A stretch of 64,000 nucleotides of DNA from a bacterium (GCA_025774935.1 JALGZK010000017.1:3308-67307); one strand, 5' to 3'; positions 17,649 to 28,352 are shown, numbered from the stretch's first letter. Notes: generated by a model not told the origin, from the letters alone. Translations and numbers: made by a program.

Positions 17649-18335
17649 TCAGCCCCTCTCGCCGAAGATCGCCCGGCCGACCCGCACGATCGTGGCGCCC
17701 TCCTCGATCGCGACCTCGAAGTCGTTCGTCATCCCCATCGACAGGTGCTCCATCGAGACGCCCGGGATGACCCTCTCCTCGATCTCATTCCTGATCTCAC
17801 GAAGCTCCCGGAAGCAGGGCCTGACGTCCTCCGGATCGGGCAGGAAGGCTCCGATCGTCATGAGGCCCCGGATGGCGAGGCCGCGGAGATCGGCCATCTC
17901 CTCGACGGCGGCCATGACCTCCCCCGGCGGGAGCCCGTACTTCGTTTCCTCGCCGGAGGTGTTCACCTCGACGAGGACGTCGATCATCGTCCCCCGGGCC
18001 TCGCAGCGCGTGGAGATCTCGCGCGCGAGACGGAGGCTGTCGACCGACTGGATCATGTCGAAGAGCTCGAGCGCCTTCTTGACCTTGTTGGTCTGAAGAT
18101 GCCCGACGAGGTGCTTCTCGACCGACGGCAGGTCTTCCCCGAGCTTCCGCTCGGCCTCCTGCACGCGGTTCTCGCCGATGCAGGTGACGCCGGCCTCGAT
18201 GGCCTCCACGATCTTCGGAAGCTCGACCGTCTTCGTCACAGCGACGAGGGCGACCTCCTCCGGATCGCGAAGGGCCCGTTCGGCCGCAGCTGCGATCCGC
18301 TCCCGCACGTGGAGAACGTTCTCGTGAATGCCCAT
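17649..18335 (-). CDS. yggS: YggS family pyridoxal-phosphate homeostasis protein
   Basis: 228 aa alanine-racemase-N-like fold (VTKTV..., GHLQTNK). Confidence 0.85.
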   Translation of the reverse strand: MGIHENVLHVRERIAAAAERALRDPEEVALVAVTKTVELPKIVEAIEAGVTCIGENRVQEAERKLGEDLPSVEKHLVGHLQTNKVKKALELFDMIQSVDSLRLAREISTRCEARGTMIDVLVEVNTSGEETKYGLPPGEVMAAVEEMADLRGLAIRGLMTIGAFLPDPEDVRPCFRELREIRNEIEERVIPGVSMEHLSMGMTNDFEVAIEEGATIVRVGRAIFGERG

Positions 18336-18610
18336 GCCCGGGACGTCCCCCCGGTCAGCCCTCGTTGTGAACCATGTATTATAGCCGCCGGTCCGGCGAA
18401 CGGCAACGTCAAACCGGCGCGTCCGGTCGGGCCCTGGAAGCCACGAAAGGCCCTAAACATGGGCCCGTTCCGGTCTCCGGACCCCCCGCGGCGCCGGATG
18501 CGGCTTGTGCATGAGGCCCCCTCGTGGTACTCTCGTTGGGCTGCGCCGCGCTCACTCGCGGCGTGACTCACGTCCGAATCCCTGCGACCGTCGACCCCGA
18601 GGAGCGACGA

Positions 18611-19111
18611 ATGGCCGGTTCGAAACCCGACGAGTTCAAGCCCAGAGTCATCGTCTTCTGCTGCAACTGGTGCGCGTACGCGGGCGCCGACCTGGCGGGG
18701 GTGTCGAGGATGAAGATCAGCCCTCACTTCCGCGTGGTCAGGACGATGTGCTCCGGCAGGGTCGACCCCGAGCTCATCCTCCAGGCGTTCGTGAACGGAG
18801 CGGACGGCGTCATGGTGGCCGGCTGCCACCCGGGGGACTGCCACTATCTCGAGGGGAACTACAGGGCCATGCGGCGGGTGGCGTTCCTGAAGAAGCTCCT
18901 CGAGTCGATGGGGATGGACCCCCGGCGGCTCGAGCTTCAGTGGGTCTCCGCCGGCGAGGGAGCGAGGTTCCAGGAGGTGGTGAACGAGTTCGTCGGGACC
19001 GTGAAGAGCCTCGGACCCAACCCCCACGGACCCGCGGACGAGGAGCCGGCTCCGAACCCCGAGACCGCGGGGAGTCCGGAAGCGACCGAACGGGAGCGCG
19101 CGAGCGTCTGA
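18611..19111 (+). CDS. mvhD: MvhD/FlpD-like hydrogenase iron-sulfur subunit (heterodisulfide-reductase-associated delta subunit family), stand-alone
   Basis: One of the few plus-strand genes. ATG 18611. Motifs VIVFCCNWCAYAGADLAG ... MVAGCHPGDCHY. Confidence 0.75.
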   Translation: MAGSKPDEFKPRVIVFCCNWCAYAGADLAGVSRMKISPHFRVVRTMCSGRVDPELILQAFVNGADGVMVAGCHPGDCHYLEGNYRAMRRVAFLKKLLESMGMDPRRLELQWVSAGEGARFQEVVNEFVGTVKSLGPNPHGPADEEPAPNPETAGSPEATERERASV

Positions 19112-19228
19112 CGCGGGTAGACGGTCGCCGCCGCGCACACAAGCGATACGCAGACGGGGGGAACCGATCCGGCTCCCCCCGCTTTCATCTGTTCCGCCGC
19201 CACGGGCGAGGCCCGGGACGCGGAGTCG

Positions 19229-20476
19229 CTACTGGACCTTCCTGAAGACGCACGACACGACGGTGCGGTCGTTCCCACCCATCGAGATCATGAGGCCGTA
19301 CGGCTTCGAGGAGTCGATCTCGATCGACTGCCCGTCGGGCTTCCCCGTGAACTGCATCGCGATGTCGGCCGCCTGCCGGACTCCCGTCCCGCCGGTGTAG
19401 TGGCCGTACCCGATGAGTCCGCCGGAGAGGTTCGTCGGAACCTCGCCGTCCGGCGCCGTCTTTCCTGCCGCCACGAAGTCGGGCGACTCGCCGTAGCCGC
19501 AGAACCCGGCCGCCTCGAGCGAGAGCATCCCGCCGATCGTGAAACAGTCGTGGACCTCGAGCATGCCGATGTCCTTCGGAGTCACGCCCGCCATCTCCAT
19601 CGCGTTCGCCACCGCGCGCGCCGACGTCGTGAGCTTCGTCTGGTCCTCGGGGTCCTTCGAGATGTCAGCGACCACCTGCCCGTACCCGACGAGCTCGACG
19701 GCGTCCTTCCTGTCGACTCCGAGCCTGTCGAGCCCCTCCTCCGAAGCGAAGATCACAGCCGACGCGCCGTCGGATACCTTCGAGCAGTCGTAGACGTTGA
19801 TGTGTCCGCAGAACGCGTTCGCGTTGCACGGCGTCATGCCGGCCGCGTAGAGGTCCTCGATCGAGTTGTGGTACTCCTGTGCCTTCGGGCACTGCCGGGC
19901 GTTCAGGACCGCCCGTTCGTACCATCTCGCCATGGCCTCGCGCGTCCGCTCGGCGCCGAACTTCTCGCTCGCCGCGCAGGCGCGGTCCGAGAACTTCGCC
20001 GGGAAGAAGTAGGCGTGCCCGGACTTCCTCTGGGTCACGTAGTGTCCCGCGCCCGCCAGGATGTCCGCTCCGTAGACCGCCTTGACCGTGTTCTGGACCT
20101 CGAACCCGACGGCGAGAACGCTGTCAGCCATCCCCGAAAGCACCGTCTTCGCCGCGGTCACGAGCCCCAGGCCTCCCGATCCGCACGCGCCCTCGACCCG
20201 GACGAGCGGCTTGTACTCGAGCGAGGGGTCGATCATCGGCATCACGGCCGCGAGGTTCCCCTGCTTGTTGAACCGCGCCGCCATGAAGTTCGAGACCACG
20301 CCCTCGTCGATGTTCGCCGCGTCGTTGACCTGAGCGATCGCCCCCTGCCCCGCTTCCTTGATGTAGTGCTCGATGCCCGGACGCGGCTTCTTCGGATGGA
20401 ACTCCTTCCGTCCCGTGCCGAGGGAGATCGTGTTGTAGCCTGCCGTCACGTAGACGGGCTTCGTGAGATTCTTCAT
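19229..20476 (-). CDS. Thiolase-like protein (acetyl-CoA C-acyltransferase / SCP-x-type)
   Basis: 415 aa, thiolase fold with active-site Cys region VEGACGSGG and C-terminal HDCF/GGLIGYGH motifs. Confidence 0.75.
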   Translation of the reverse strand: MKNLTKPVYVTAGYNTISLGTGRKEFHPKKPRPGIEHYIKEAGQGAIAQVNDAANIDEGVVSNFMAARFNKQGNLAAVMPMIDPSLEYKPLVRVEGACGSGGLGLVTAAKTVLSGMADSVLAVGFEVQNTVKAVYGADILAGAGHYVTQRKSGHAYFFPAKFSDRACAASEKFGAERTREAMARWYERAVLNARQCPKAQEYHNSIEDLYAAGMTPCNANAFCGHINVYDCSKVSDGASAVIFASEEGLDRLGVDRKDAVELVGYGQVVADISKDPEDQTKLTTSARAVANAMEMAGVTPKDIGMLEVHDCFTIGGMLSLEAAGFCGYGESPDFVAAGKTAPDGEVPTNLSGGLIGYGHYTGGTGVRQAADIAMQFTGKPDGQSIEIDSSKPYGLMISMGGNDRTVVSCVFRKVQ

Positions 20477-21852
20477 CGCGTCCCTCCCACCTTGTCGGTC
20501 ACGAGCTCCACGTACTCGTTCACGGGCCCGTAGAGATGGTAGAAGCCGTTCGTGAGGACGCCGTTCACGACGTCGGCCGACTCCGCGACGCCGTCGGCGA
20601 CGAGCTTCTCGCCTATCTCCTTCGAGCGCACGAGGTAGGCGCGAGCGAGCCCGGCCCCGAGCGTGTCGGTCGTCGCGAGGTTCCCGAAGTAGGCCGCGAG
20701 CTTGTCGTCCTTCTTCGGGTCCATGAGGAGCGCTCGCCAGGGCGCCAGTCCGTCGGGTGGACCGCCGAGCTTCTCGTCGAGCTTCGACGTCCAGTCGCCG
20801 TCCGCGAAGAGCGCGTAGCCGCCCTTCGAGAGATCGTAGACTCCCGCGGGCCGCCCCTTCTCGTACTTGAGAACCCCGTCCTTCTGCGCGCCCGAGGCAT
20901 ACTGACCGCCGAGGACCCCGCCGTCGGCCATGCGGTCGAGGAGGTCGTCCCTGAGCGTCTCTCCGTCGATGTGCTCGGTCATGACCTTCATGATGAACCG
21001 GCAGACGTCAACGCCGACGTAGTCGACGAGCTGGAAGATGCCCATCGGCCGAACAAGGAGGTCTTGGCTGACCTTGTTCACGACGTAGACGGCCTCGGCC
21101 TCGGACATCGACTCCTCGGCCATGAGCCTCTTGACCTCCGACGTCGCGTGGAGGATGTCGCGCATGAAGTGCCCGTTCCCGATGAAGCCGGCGATGTCGT
21201 TCGCAGGAAAGACCTTCTTCCTGAGACGCTTCGCAAGCTCACGACCCGTCTCCACGGCGTCGGGCTTCGTCGACGATGTAGTGATGAGCTCGAGGAGCCT
21301 CTGGACCGCCGGGGGGTTGTAGAAGTGGTAGCCGACGATGCGACCCCCGAGCCCCACGCCCTCGTCCAGGACCTTGATCGGGATGGACGACGTGTTCGTG
21401 AGGTAGTAGGCGTCCGGGTCGACGAGCTTGTCCAGCTTCGTGAGGACGTCGATCTTGATGCCCTCGTTCTCGATGATCGCCTCGAAGACGAGGCGCGCGC
21501 CCTCCGCCGCCTCGAGCGTCGTGCTCGGCCTCAAGACCGAGAGGGCGTCCTCCACGAACGCGGCGATGACGTCGTAGTTCTCAACGAGGTCGTCGCGGTC
21601 CGCGTAGAGCTCCCTCAGGGGCACGATGCTCTTCTCCGCCGCCTTCGTGAGCTGGGCGCGAAGATAGCCGAGGAGCCCCGTGAGAGCTTCCTCGTTCACG
21701 TCGATCACGTGAAGGACGTATGTCCTGTCCTTGTTCTCCGGCTTGAGTTTCGCTGTGGCCATCTCCTGCGCGAGGAGGAGGGCGATGCCGCTGCCCATCT
21801 TCCCCGCCGCGCCGAGCACGGCCACGTTCTCCAGCCTGGTGTCAAGATCCAC
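20473..21852 (-). CDS. 3-hydroxyacyl-CoA dehydrogenase (long form)
   Basis: N-terminal Rossmann VAVLGAAGKMGSGIA and C-terminal 3HCDH domains. Confidence 0.8.
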   Translation of the reverse strand: MDLDTRLENVAVLGAAGKMGSGIALLLAQEMATAKLKPENKDRTYVLHVIDVNEEALTGLLGYLRAQLTKAAEKSIVPLRELYADRDDLVENYDVIAAFVEDALSVLRPSTTLEAAEGARLVFEAIIENEGIKIDVLTKLDKLVDPDAYYLTNTSSIPIKVLDEGVGLGGRIVGYHFYNPPAVQRLLELITTSSTKPDAVETGRELAKRLRKKVFPANDIAGFIGNGHFMRDILHATSEVKRLMAEESMSEAEAVYVVNKVSQDLLVRPMGIFQLVDYVGVDVCRFIMKVMTEHIDGETLRDDLLDRMADGGVLGGQYASGAQKDGVLKYEKGRPAGVYDLSKGGYALFADGDWTSKLDEKLGGPPDGLAPWRALLMDPKKDDKLAAYFGNLATTDTLGAGLARAYLVRSKEIGEKLVADGVAESADVVNGVLTNGFYHLYGPVNEYVELVTDKVGGTR

Positions 21853-21929
21853 GCGTCGCTCCTTTCACAGGATGCTGGGACACGGTGTCGACTTGCTCCA
21901 TTTCAACTCACACTCGGCCGGGCCAACGA

Positions 21930-22553
21930 TCAGCCCCCGCCGGTCTCTTCTCGTCTCCCCGCCTCGGACGTCGGGGCCTCCGCGCCCTCGAGGGGCTCCT
22001 CCGGGTCGAAGCAGTGTCGGCACCGCGCCTCGTACGCCTCGGACGCGCCGACGACGACCCTCTCTCTCGAGGGGATGATGCGCTGGGTCCGGTTCGCGGG
22101 CTTCCCGCACTGCATGCAGACGGCCAGCGTCTTCGTGAGGTACTCCGCGACCGCGAGGAGTGCGGGCATGGGCTCGAAGGGGCGTCCCAGGTAGTCCTGA
22201 TCGAGCCCGGCGACGATCACGCGAACGCCCGAGTTGGCCAGCGTCTCGCAGACCTCGACGAGATGCGGTCCCATGAACTGCGCCTCGTCGAGCCCGACCA
22301 CCTGGACGTCCGGTCCCACGTAGTCGAGGACCTCTCGCGCGTCGCCGATCCGGATCGACTCGATGCGGCGCTCGTCGTGCGAGACGATGTCCTCCTCGTC
22401 GTACCGGTCGTCGATCCTCGGCTTGAACGCGAGCACCTTCTGCTTCGCTATCTTCGCGCGCCTGAGCCTCCGGATAAGCTCCTCGCTCTTCCCGGAGAAC
22501 ATGCTCCCGCAGATGACCTCGATCCAGCCCGTGTCGTCGTGTCTGTCGGTCAT
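21930..22553 (-). CDS. tdk: Thymidine kinase
   Basis: P-loop [12 protein letters not shown] and C-terminal zinc ribbon CMQCG...CRHC. Confidence 0.85.
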   Translation of the reverse strand: MTDRHDDTGWIEVICGSMFSGKSEELIRRLRRAKIAKQKVLAFKPRIDDRYDEEDIVSHDERRIESIRIGDAREVLDYVGPDVQVVGLDEAQFMGPHLVEVCETLANSGVRVIVAGLDQDYLGRPFEPMPALLAVAEYLTKTLAVCMQCGKPANRTQRIIPSRERVVVGASEAYEARCRHCFDPEEPLEGAEAPTSEAGRREETGGG

Positions 22554-22583
22554 GCTCTTCTCCTGGCTTCCCCGCTCTCCCGG

Positions 22584-23378
22584 TCAGAGACGCGGTGCGA
22601 GCGTCACGTCGCCGTGCCAGATCTCGACACGACTCCCTTCCTCCTCGATGACGAGGGCGCCCTCCGGGGACACGTCGACGACACCCCCCGCGTGCCGCTC
22701 TCCGCCGCTGTCGACCTCGATCCGCCGTCCGAGCGTCGCCGAGAGGGAGCGCCAGCGCTCCCGCATCGCCGCGAGACCTCCGTTCAGGTACGAGAGGTAG
22801 TCCTCCTCGAACCTCGTCAGGACGGCGGCGAGCACCGCATCGCGGTCGGCCTCGGCGCCGGTCAGGATCCGGAGCGAGGTCGCGGTCCCCCGGATGTCCA
22901 GCGGGAAGTCGTCCTCCGTCTGGTTGACGTCGATCCCGATCCCGACGACCGCGCTCTCCACCGGGTCCCCCTGAGTCGCCCCCGCTTCGACGAGGACGCC
23001 ACCGAGCTTCCTTCCGCCGGCGACGATGTCGTTCGGCCACTTGACGCCGACGTCGGCACCCGTCGCGCTCCGGAGCGCCTCCGCCACCGAGAGTGCGGTC
23101 ACGATCGACAGGGCGCTGACTCGATCCGCTGGAAGGCCGGGGCTCAGGAGCACGGACGCCCAGACACCCATCCCGGCGGGCGAGTGCCACGAGCGACCCG
23201 CGCGGCCGCGGCCGCCCGTCTGCTCGTCGGAGACGATGACGCTGCCCTCGGGCTCGCCACGGGCGGCGAACTCCCAGCAGACGGCGTTGGTCGAGACGAC
23301 GGAGGAATAGCGGTGGATCCTCCGTCCGACGAACCTCGTCTCCAGCCCGAGGTCGAGTTCCGCGGGCGGCGAGCTCAT
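22584..23378 (-). CDS. birA: Biotin--protein ligase (BirA catalytic + C-terminal domain; no N-terminal HTH)
   Basis: Real start ATG 23376-23378 (MSSPPAELDL...) inside longer Arg-rich ORF. Motifs GRGRAGRSWHSPAG, VKWPNDI. Confidence 0.8.
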   Translation of the reverse strand: MSSPPAELDLGLETRFVGRRIHRYSSVVSTNAVCWEFAARGEPEGSVIVSDEQTGGRGRAGRSWHSPAGMGVWASVLLSPGLPADRVSALSIVTALSVAEALRSATGADVGVKWPNDIVAGGRKLGGVLVEAGATQGDPVESAVVGIGIDVNQTEDDFPLDIRGTATSLRILTGAEADRDAVLAAVLTRFEEDYLSYLNGGLAAMRERWRSLSATLGRRIEVDSGGERHAGGVVDVSPEGALVIEEEGSRVEIWHGDVTLAPRL

Positions 23379-24451
23379 CCGCACGAGCTCCGCGCCCTGC
23401 CGGAGAGGCTCCCGACCCGGCTGATCCGCTCTTCGGCGACCGCGCTCGCGGCCTCGGCCGTGCTGATGCCGCGCTCGCGAGAGAGGGCGAAGACCTTCTT
23501 GAGCACCTTGTAGATGTTCTCGGAGCGCCGCTTCGCGCGGTCCTCGCTGAACCCCGCGATCTCCTCCGTCACCGCGATGAGCGCGCCCGAGTTGAACACG
23601 AAGTCGGGCGCGTAGAGGATCCCGCGGTCGATGAGGAGGTTCACGTGTTCGGGCTGGGCGAGCTGGTTGTTCGCGAGTCCCGCGACGATCGCGCACCTCA
23701 GGCGGGGGATCGTCGAGGAGTCGAGGACCTCGCCCACGGCACACGGACTCCAGATGTCGCACTCGACGTCGTAGATCGCATCCGGATCCACGAGCTCGAT
23801 CCCGAGCTCTTCGCGCGCCCGGTCCGCGGCCGGCGCGTCGACGTCGCTCCCCACCACACGCGCGCCCTCCCCCACGAGCTGGCGGGAGAACTCCACGCCC
23901 CCGCGCCCGAGTCCCTGGATAGCGACCGTGAGCCCCGAGAGCACCGGCTCCTTCCCCGCCTCCTCCAGGCACGCCCTGAGCCCGCGGAGTGCCCCGTGCA
24001 CCGTTACCGGCGAGACGTCCCCGCATCCTCCGTACGCCTCGTGGAGGCCGACCACGTGATCAGTCGCCACGCGTATGAGCTGCATGTCCTCGACGTCGGT
24101 CCCGAGACCCTGCGACGTGATGTAGCGCCCGTTCAGGCTCTCGATCTGCCTCCCGAGCGCCCGGAAGAGCGCCTCGCTCTTGTCCGCCGCGGGGTCGCCT
24201 ATGATGACGGCCGAGCCCCCGCCGAAGTTGAGCCCGGCGGCCGCGGCCTTGTAGGTCATCGCGTGTGAGAGCTTGAGGGCGTCCTCGAGCGCGTCGTCCT
24301 CGCGGTCGTACTCCCGCATGCGCGTCCCGCCGATGGCGGGACCGAGGACGGTGCTGTGGATCGCCACGACGCCGCGGAGACCCGCGACCTCGTCGTACGC
24401 GAACGCGACCTGCTCGTGCTCGAACTCCTCGAGAGCCTTGAAGATCTCCAT
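23375..24451 (-). CDS. Glu/Leu/Phe/Val dehydrogenase family (leucine-dehydrogenase-like)
   Basis: Start ATG 24449-24451 (MEIFKALEEFEHEQV). Conserved GGxR and NAD Rossmann (AIQGLGRGG). Confidence 0.8.
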   Translation of the reverse strand: MEIFKALEEFEHEQVAFAYDEVAGLRGVVAIHSTVLGPAIGGTRMREYDREDDALEDALKLSHAMTYKAAAAGLNFGGGSAVIIGDPAADKSEALFRALGRQIESLNGRYITSQGLGTDVEDMQLIRVATDHVVGLHEAYGGCGDVSPVTVHGALRGLRACLEEAGKEPVLSGLTVAIQGLGRGGVEFSRQLVGEGARVVGSDVDAPAADRAREELGIELVDPDAIYDVECDIWSPCAVGEVLDSSTIPRLRCAIVAGLANNQLAQPEHVNLLIDRGILYAPDFVFNSGALIAVTEEIAGFSEDRAKRRSENIYKVLKKVFALSRERGISTAEAASAVAEERISRVGSLSGRARSSCG

Positions 24452-24513
24452 CTGCGTCTCCGATCGGCGTGGCGTGTGCTCGCGCGGCCCTAACCGCGCG
24501 ACGCCGCGTGCCG

Positions 24514-25302
24514 CTAGTCCTTCTTCTTCCGCTTCCAGGCGGGGTCCCTCTTCTCGAAGAACGCCGCGATGCCCTCGTGTGCGTCGCCGATCCCGAAGCA
24601 AAGCCCGAAGACCTCTGCCTCGTAGGCGCTGCCGGTCTCGAGGCCGGCGCCCGCGCCCTTGTTCACGCACGCCTTCACGAGCGCGATGGCCGCGGGACCG
24701 TTGGACGCGATCGCCCCCGCCATCTCCTTCGCCGCGTCCACGAGTTCGTCCGGCTCGACGACCCTGTTGACGAGGCCGTACGAGAGAGCGGTGGGCGCGT
24801 CGATCGGCTTGCCAACGAGCAGAAGCTCCTTCGCCCGGCCGAACCCAACGAGCCTCGGGAGACGCTGCGTTCCGGCGAACCCGGGCGTCAACCCGAGCGT
24901 GACCTCCGGCTGCCCCATCTTCGCCTTCGACGAGGCGATCCGGACGTCACACGCCATGGCGATCTCGAGTCCGCCCCCGAGAGCGTATCCGTTGATCGCC
25001 GCGATGACCGGCTTGGACAGGTTCTCGATCGCCGCAAACGCCTTCTGGCCCAGCTTCGACGCCTCCCGCGCCTCCATGCCCCCCATCTCCGAAAGCTCCG
25101 CGATGTCCGCGCCGGCGACGAACGCCTTGCCGGCCCCGGTCAGGACGACGGCGCCAATGTCGTCGTCCTCCTCGATCTCCATCATCGCGTGGATGAGCTC
25201 TCTCATCGTCTCGCCGTTCAGGGCGTTCAGAGCGTCGGGCCTGTTGATGGTCACGACCGCGGTCAGCCCGTCCCTCTCGATGGTGATGTTCTTGAAGGTC
25301 AT
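24514..25302 (-). CDS. Enoyl-CoA hydratase (crotonase family)
   Basis: Crotonase fold motifs (VVLTGAGKAFVAGADI, INGYALGGGLE). ATG 25300-25302 after GAGGAG. Confidence 0.8.
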   Translation of the reverse strand: MTFKNITIERDGLTAVVTINRPDALNALNGETMRELIHAMMEIEEDDDIGAVVLTGAGKAFVAGADIAELSEMGGMEAREASKLGQKAFAAIENLSKPVIAAINGYALGGGLEIAMACDVRIASSKAKMGQPEVTLGLTPGFAGTQRLPRLVGFGRAKELLLVGKPIDAPTALSYGLVNRVVEPDELVDAAKEMAGAIASNGPAAIALVKACVNKGAGAGLETGSAYEAEVFGLCFGIGDAHEGIAAFFEKRDPAWKRKKKD

Positions 25303-25411
25303 CACTCCTCCTCTTGCAGAAACGGATTCGGTTGCCACAGTGGTATCAGGCATCGGTGTCGCGCCTCAGTTCGGTCTCTTGGTCGCAGGTCCCGGCCCCC
25401 CGGGCCCATCG

Positions 25412-26527
25412 TCACAGCTCGGCGGTCGCCCCCTCGACGGTCTCAGGGTAGTTCTTGGCCTCCTCCTCCCCGCGGAGGACGCGGAGGCAGCCGTGCGCCA
25501 GGGCCTCGAGCTCGTCCTCGCCGGGAACGAGTACCACCTTCCCGATCGACGACACGCGCGCCCGGATGCCCTCGGTGATGCGCTCGGACCTCGCGAGTCC
25601 ACCGGTCAGGACGATCGCGTCGACCTCTCCCTTGAGGACCGTCGCCATCGCCCCGATCTCCTTGGCGATCTGGTAGATCATGGCGTCGAGGACCCGGGCG
25701 GCGCGCTCGTCCCCCTTCGCGGCAAGTTCCTCGACCTCCTTCGCGTCCTTCGTGCCCAGGTAGCCCATGAGCCCGCCCTGCCCCACGAGCTTCTTCATGA
25801 TGACGGACTCGTCATACTCGCCGGAGAAGCACAGCTTGAGGAGATCGACGGTGGGGAGCCCGCCGGCGCGCTCGGGCGTGAAGGGGCCCGCGGAGAGCGC
25901 GTTGCTGACGTCGACCATCCGCCCCTTCCCGATCGCGCAGATGCTGATGCCCCCTCCGAGGTGCGCGACGACGAGGCTCGTCTCGCGGAGCTTCTTGCCG
26001 AGCTGCTTCGCGACGGTCCGCGCGGTGGCCTTGACGTTCAGGGCGTGCACGAGGCTCGTGCGCCGGATCTCCGGCATCCCCGAGTAGCGAGCCACGATGT
26101 CGAGCTCGTCGACGCAGGGCGGGTCGACAATGAACGCATCGATCCCGAAGTCCCACGCAATCCCGTACGCGAGCACCGCGCCCAGGTTCGACGGGTGCTC
26201 CCCCGCGACAGCCTCCCGGGCGTCCGCGATCATCCGCTCGTTGACGCGGTACGTGCCGCTGACGGTCGGGTTGAAGAGACCTCCGCGACCGACCACCGCC
26301 GTCAGCGAGTTCAGCGCGACGTCACTGTCGCCCAGGAACTCGAGGATGAGCGCCTTCCTGTACTCGTACTGGTCCCAGACCGTCGGGAACCGGCCGAGCT
26401 CGAGGACGCTGTGCTCGACGGAGTCCTCGAAACGGCACTCCTCGCCCTCGAAGACGGCGAGCTTCGTCGAGGTCGACCCCGGGTTCAGAACGAGTATGAG
26501 CTCGTTGCCCTTCTTGGATTTGTCCAT
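25412..26527 (-). CDS. buk: Butyrate kinase (acetate/butyrate kinase family)
   Basis: N-terminal ILVLNPGSTSTK and overall ASKHA butyrate-kinase architecture. Confidence 0.8.
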   Translation of the reverse strand: MDKSKKGNELILVLNPGSTSTKLAVFEGEECRFEDSVEHSVLELGRFPTVWDQYEYRKALILEFLGDSDVALNSLTAVVGRGGLFNPTVSGTYRVNERMIADAREAVAGEHPSNLGAVLAYGIAWDFGIDAFIVDPPCVDELDIVARYSGMPEIRRTSLVHALNVKATARTVAKQLGKKLRETSLVVAHLGGGISICAIGKGRMVDVSNALSAGPFTPERAGGLPTVDLLKLCFSGEYDESVIMKKLVGQGGLMGYLGTKDAKEVEELAAKGDERAARVLDAMIYQIAKEIGAMATVLKGEVDAIVLTGGLARSERITEGIRARVSSIGKVVLVPGEDELEALAHGCLRVLRGEEEAKNYPETVEGATAEL

Positions 26528-26594
26528 CGCGTTTCTCTTCCCGATCCGCGGACCCGGTGGGCCGCAAGGACGGCGCGGCGGCCGCCGTGCCGGA

Positions 26595-27752
26595 TCAGTA
26601 ACCCCTCTCCTTGTAGATCTCGCGCTGAATGAGGAACTTCATGATCTCCGCGGTCCCGCCGCCGATCGTCATGAGGCGGGCGTCGCGGTAGAGCTGCTCC
26701 GCCTTGCTCTCCTTCATGTAGCCGATCCCGCCCAGCACCTGGAGCGCCTCGGAGGCGATCTCCTGGGCGGCGGTGGTCGCGAATAGCTTCGCGGCCGCTC
26801 CCTGCCGGCTCGCGGGCAACCCCTTCTCGATCATGCGGGCCGCCTCGAGCGTGAGGAGTCTGGCCGCGTCGATCCTGACGGCCATGTCGGCGATCTTGAA
26901 GCTCACGCCTTCGAACATGCGGATCTGACGTCCGAACTGCTCGCGCTCGGTCGAGTGCTCGACGGCGAGTTCGAGCGCCGCCCGCGAGTAGCCGACGGCG
27001 CCGGCTGCGAGCGAAGTTCGCTCGGTATCGAGCTCGTCCATGAGGATCGAGAACCCCTTGTTCTCCTCTCCCAGGAGCGCGGACGCCGGGATCCTCGCGT
27101 CCTCGAACTTGAGGTGCGAGACCTTGAGTCCCCGCATCCCCATGAGATCGTAGTCCTTCACGACGCTGAACCCAGGTGTGTCGGTCTCGAAGATGAACGC
27201 GCTCATGCCCTTCCGGGCCTTCACAGAGGTGTCGGTAACCGCGAAGAGGAGGATGTAGTCGGCGAGGCTCCCGTTCGTGATGAAGCGCTTCTCTCCGTTG
27301 ATGACGTACTCGTCCCCGTCGCGCACCGCCTGCGTCTTCATCCCCGCCGTGTCGGACCCGACGTCGGGCTCCGTGATCCCGATCGCTCCGATCCTGCCGC
27401 CAGCGACGATCGACGGGAGGTACTTCCTCCGCTGCTCGTCGTTCCCGAACTTGTTCACGGGCGGCGCGAAGTAGACCGACGTCACGCCGCGAGTCACGTC
27501 GAGCATGGGGCAGACCGCGGAGATCTCCTCCGCTATGATCGTCTCCGCGACCATTCCCTTTCCCGTCCCCCCGTACTCGGCAGGGAGGAGGGCTCCCATG
27601 TAGCCTGCCTCCCCCACCCGCTTGAGGAGCTCGCGCGGGTACTCCCCGCTCTCCTCGATCGCGTCGGCCTCGGGCGCGACCACGATCTCGGCGAACTTCC
27701 TCACTTCTTCCCTGAACGCGTTTTCCTCGTCGGTGTAGAGAACGCTCAGCAT
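26595..27752 (-). CDS. Acyl-CoA dehydrogenase (short/branched-chain type)
   Basis: 385 aa ACAD fold, C-terminal YRDARLMTIGGGTAEI. Confidence 0.85.
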   Translation of the reverse strand: MLSVLYTDEENAFREEVRKFAEIVVAPEADAIEESGEYPRELLKRVGEAGYMGALLPAEYGGTGKGMVAETIIAEEISAVCPMLDVTRGVTSVYFAPPVNKFGNDEQRRKYLPSIVAGGRIGAIGITEPDVGSDTAGMKTQAVRDGDEYVINGEKRFITNGSLADYILLFAVTDTSVKARKGMSAFIFETDTPGFSVVKDYDLMGMRGLKVSHLKFEDARIPASALLGEENKGFSILMDELDTERTSLAAGAVGYSRAALELAVEHSTEREQFGRQIRMFEGVSFKIADMAVRIDAARLLTLEAARMIEKGLPASRQGAAAKLFATTAAQEIASEALQVLGGIGYMKESKAEQLYRDARLMTIGGGTAEIMKFLIQREIYKERGY

Positions 27753-27776
27753 TGCGCTTCCTTTCGCTCCCGCGCG

Positions 27777-28289
27777 CTATCCGTCCGATTCGTTCGGTTC
27801 GATCTCGATCATAGCTTCCGTCGTGCCGACCGAGTCGCCCGCCGCGACGTTCACCTTCGCGACGACTCCGTCGATCGGGGACCGGACGTCGTGCTCCATC
27901 TTCATCGCCTCGACGATGACAAGGCTCTGACCGGTCGTGACTTGCTCGCCCTCTGAGACGGCGAGCTTGACGACCGCCCCGGGCATCGGGGCCTTGATCC
28001 TCCCGCTCCCGCCGACGGCGCTTCCCGATCCCGCGAACGACTCGTCGTCTCCCGCTCCGGTTTCGAGGACGAAGCTCCGTCCGTCGATCCAGACGGCGAG
28101 GCCGCCGTCGCGGCGCGCGACCCTCGCGGTGTGAGAGCGGCCGTCGACCAGGAGCGAGATCACGCCGCCCTCGGCGCGCTGCCAGTCGACGTCGTACGAT
28201 CGCTCGTCGACGGTGACGTGAGCCTCGGGCTTACGCCCGTCGGTCCTCACCCTGTGCTTCCGCCCGCCGATCAGGAACTCGAAGTCCAC
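27777..28289 (-). CDS. Biotin carboxyl carrier protein (biotinyl domain, AMKM)
   Basis: C-terminal VIVEAMKMEHDVRSP biotinylation motif. Confidence 0.8.
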   Translation of the reverse strand: MDFEFLIGGRKHRVRTDGRKPEAHVTVDERSYDVDWQRAEGGVISLLVDGRSHTARVARRDGGLAVWIDGRSFVLETGAGDDESFAGSGSAVGGSGRIKAPMPGAVVKLAVSEGEQVTTGQSLVIVEAMKMEHDVRSPIDGVVAKVNVAAGDSVGTTEAMIEIEPNESDG

Positions 28290-28352
28290 GTGGTCTCCCC
28301 GTGTGTCCGCGATGTGTCGGCGTCGCGCGTCGATCGCGCCCCGCCGCTCGGT

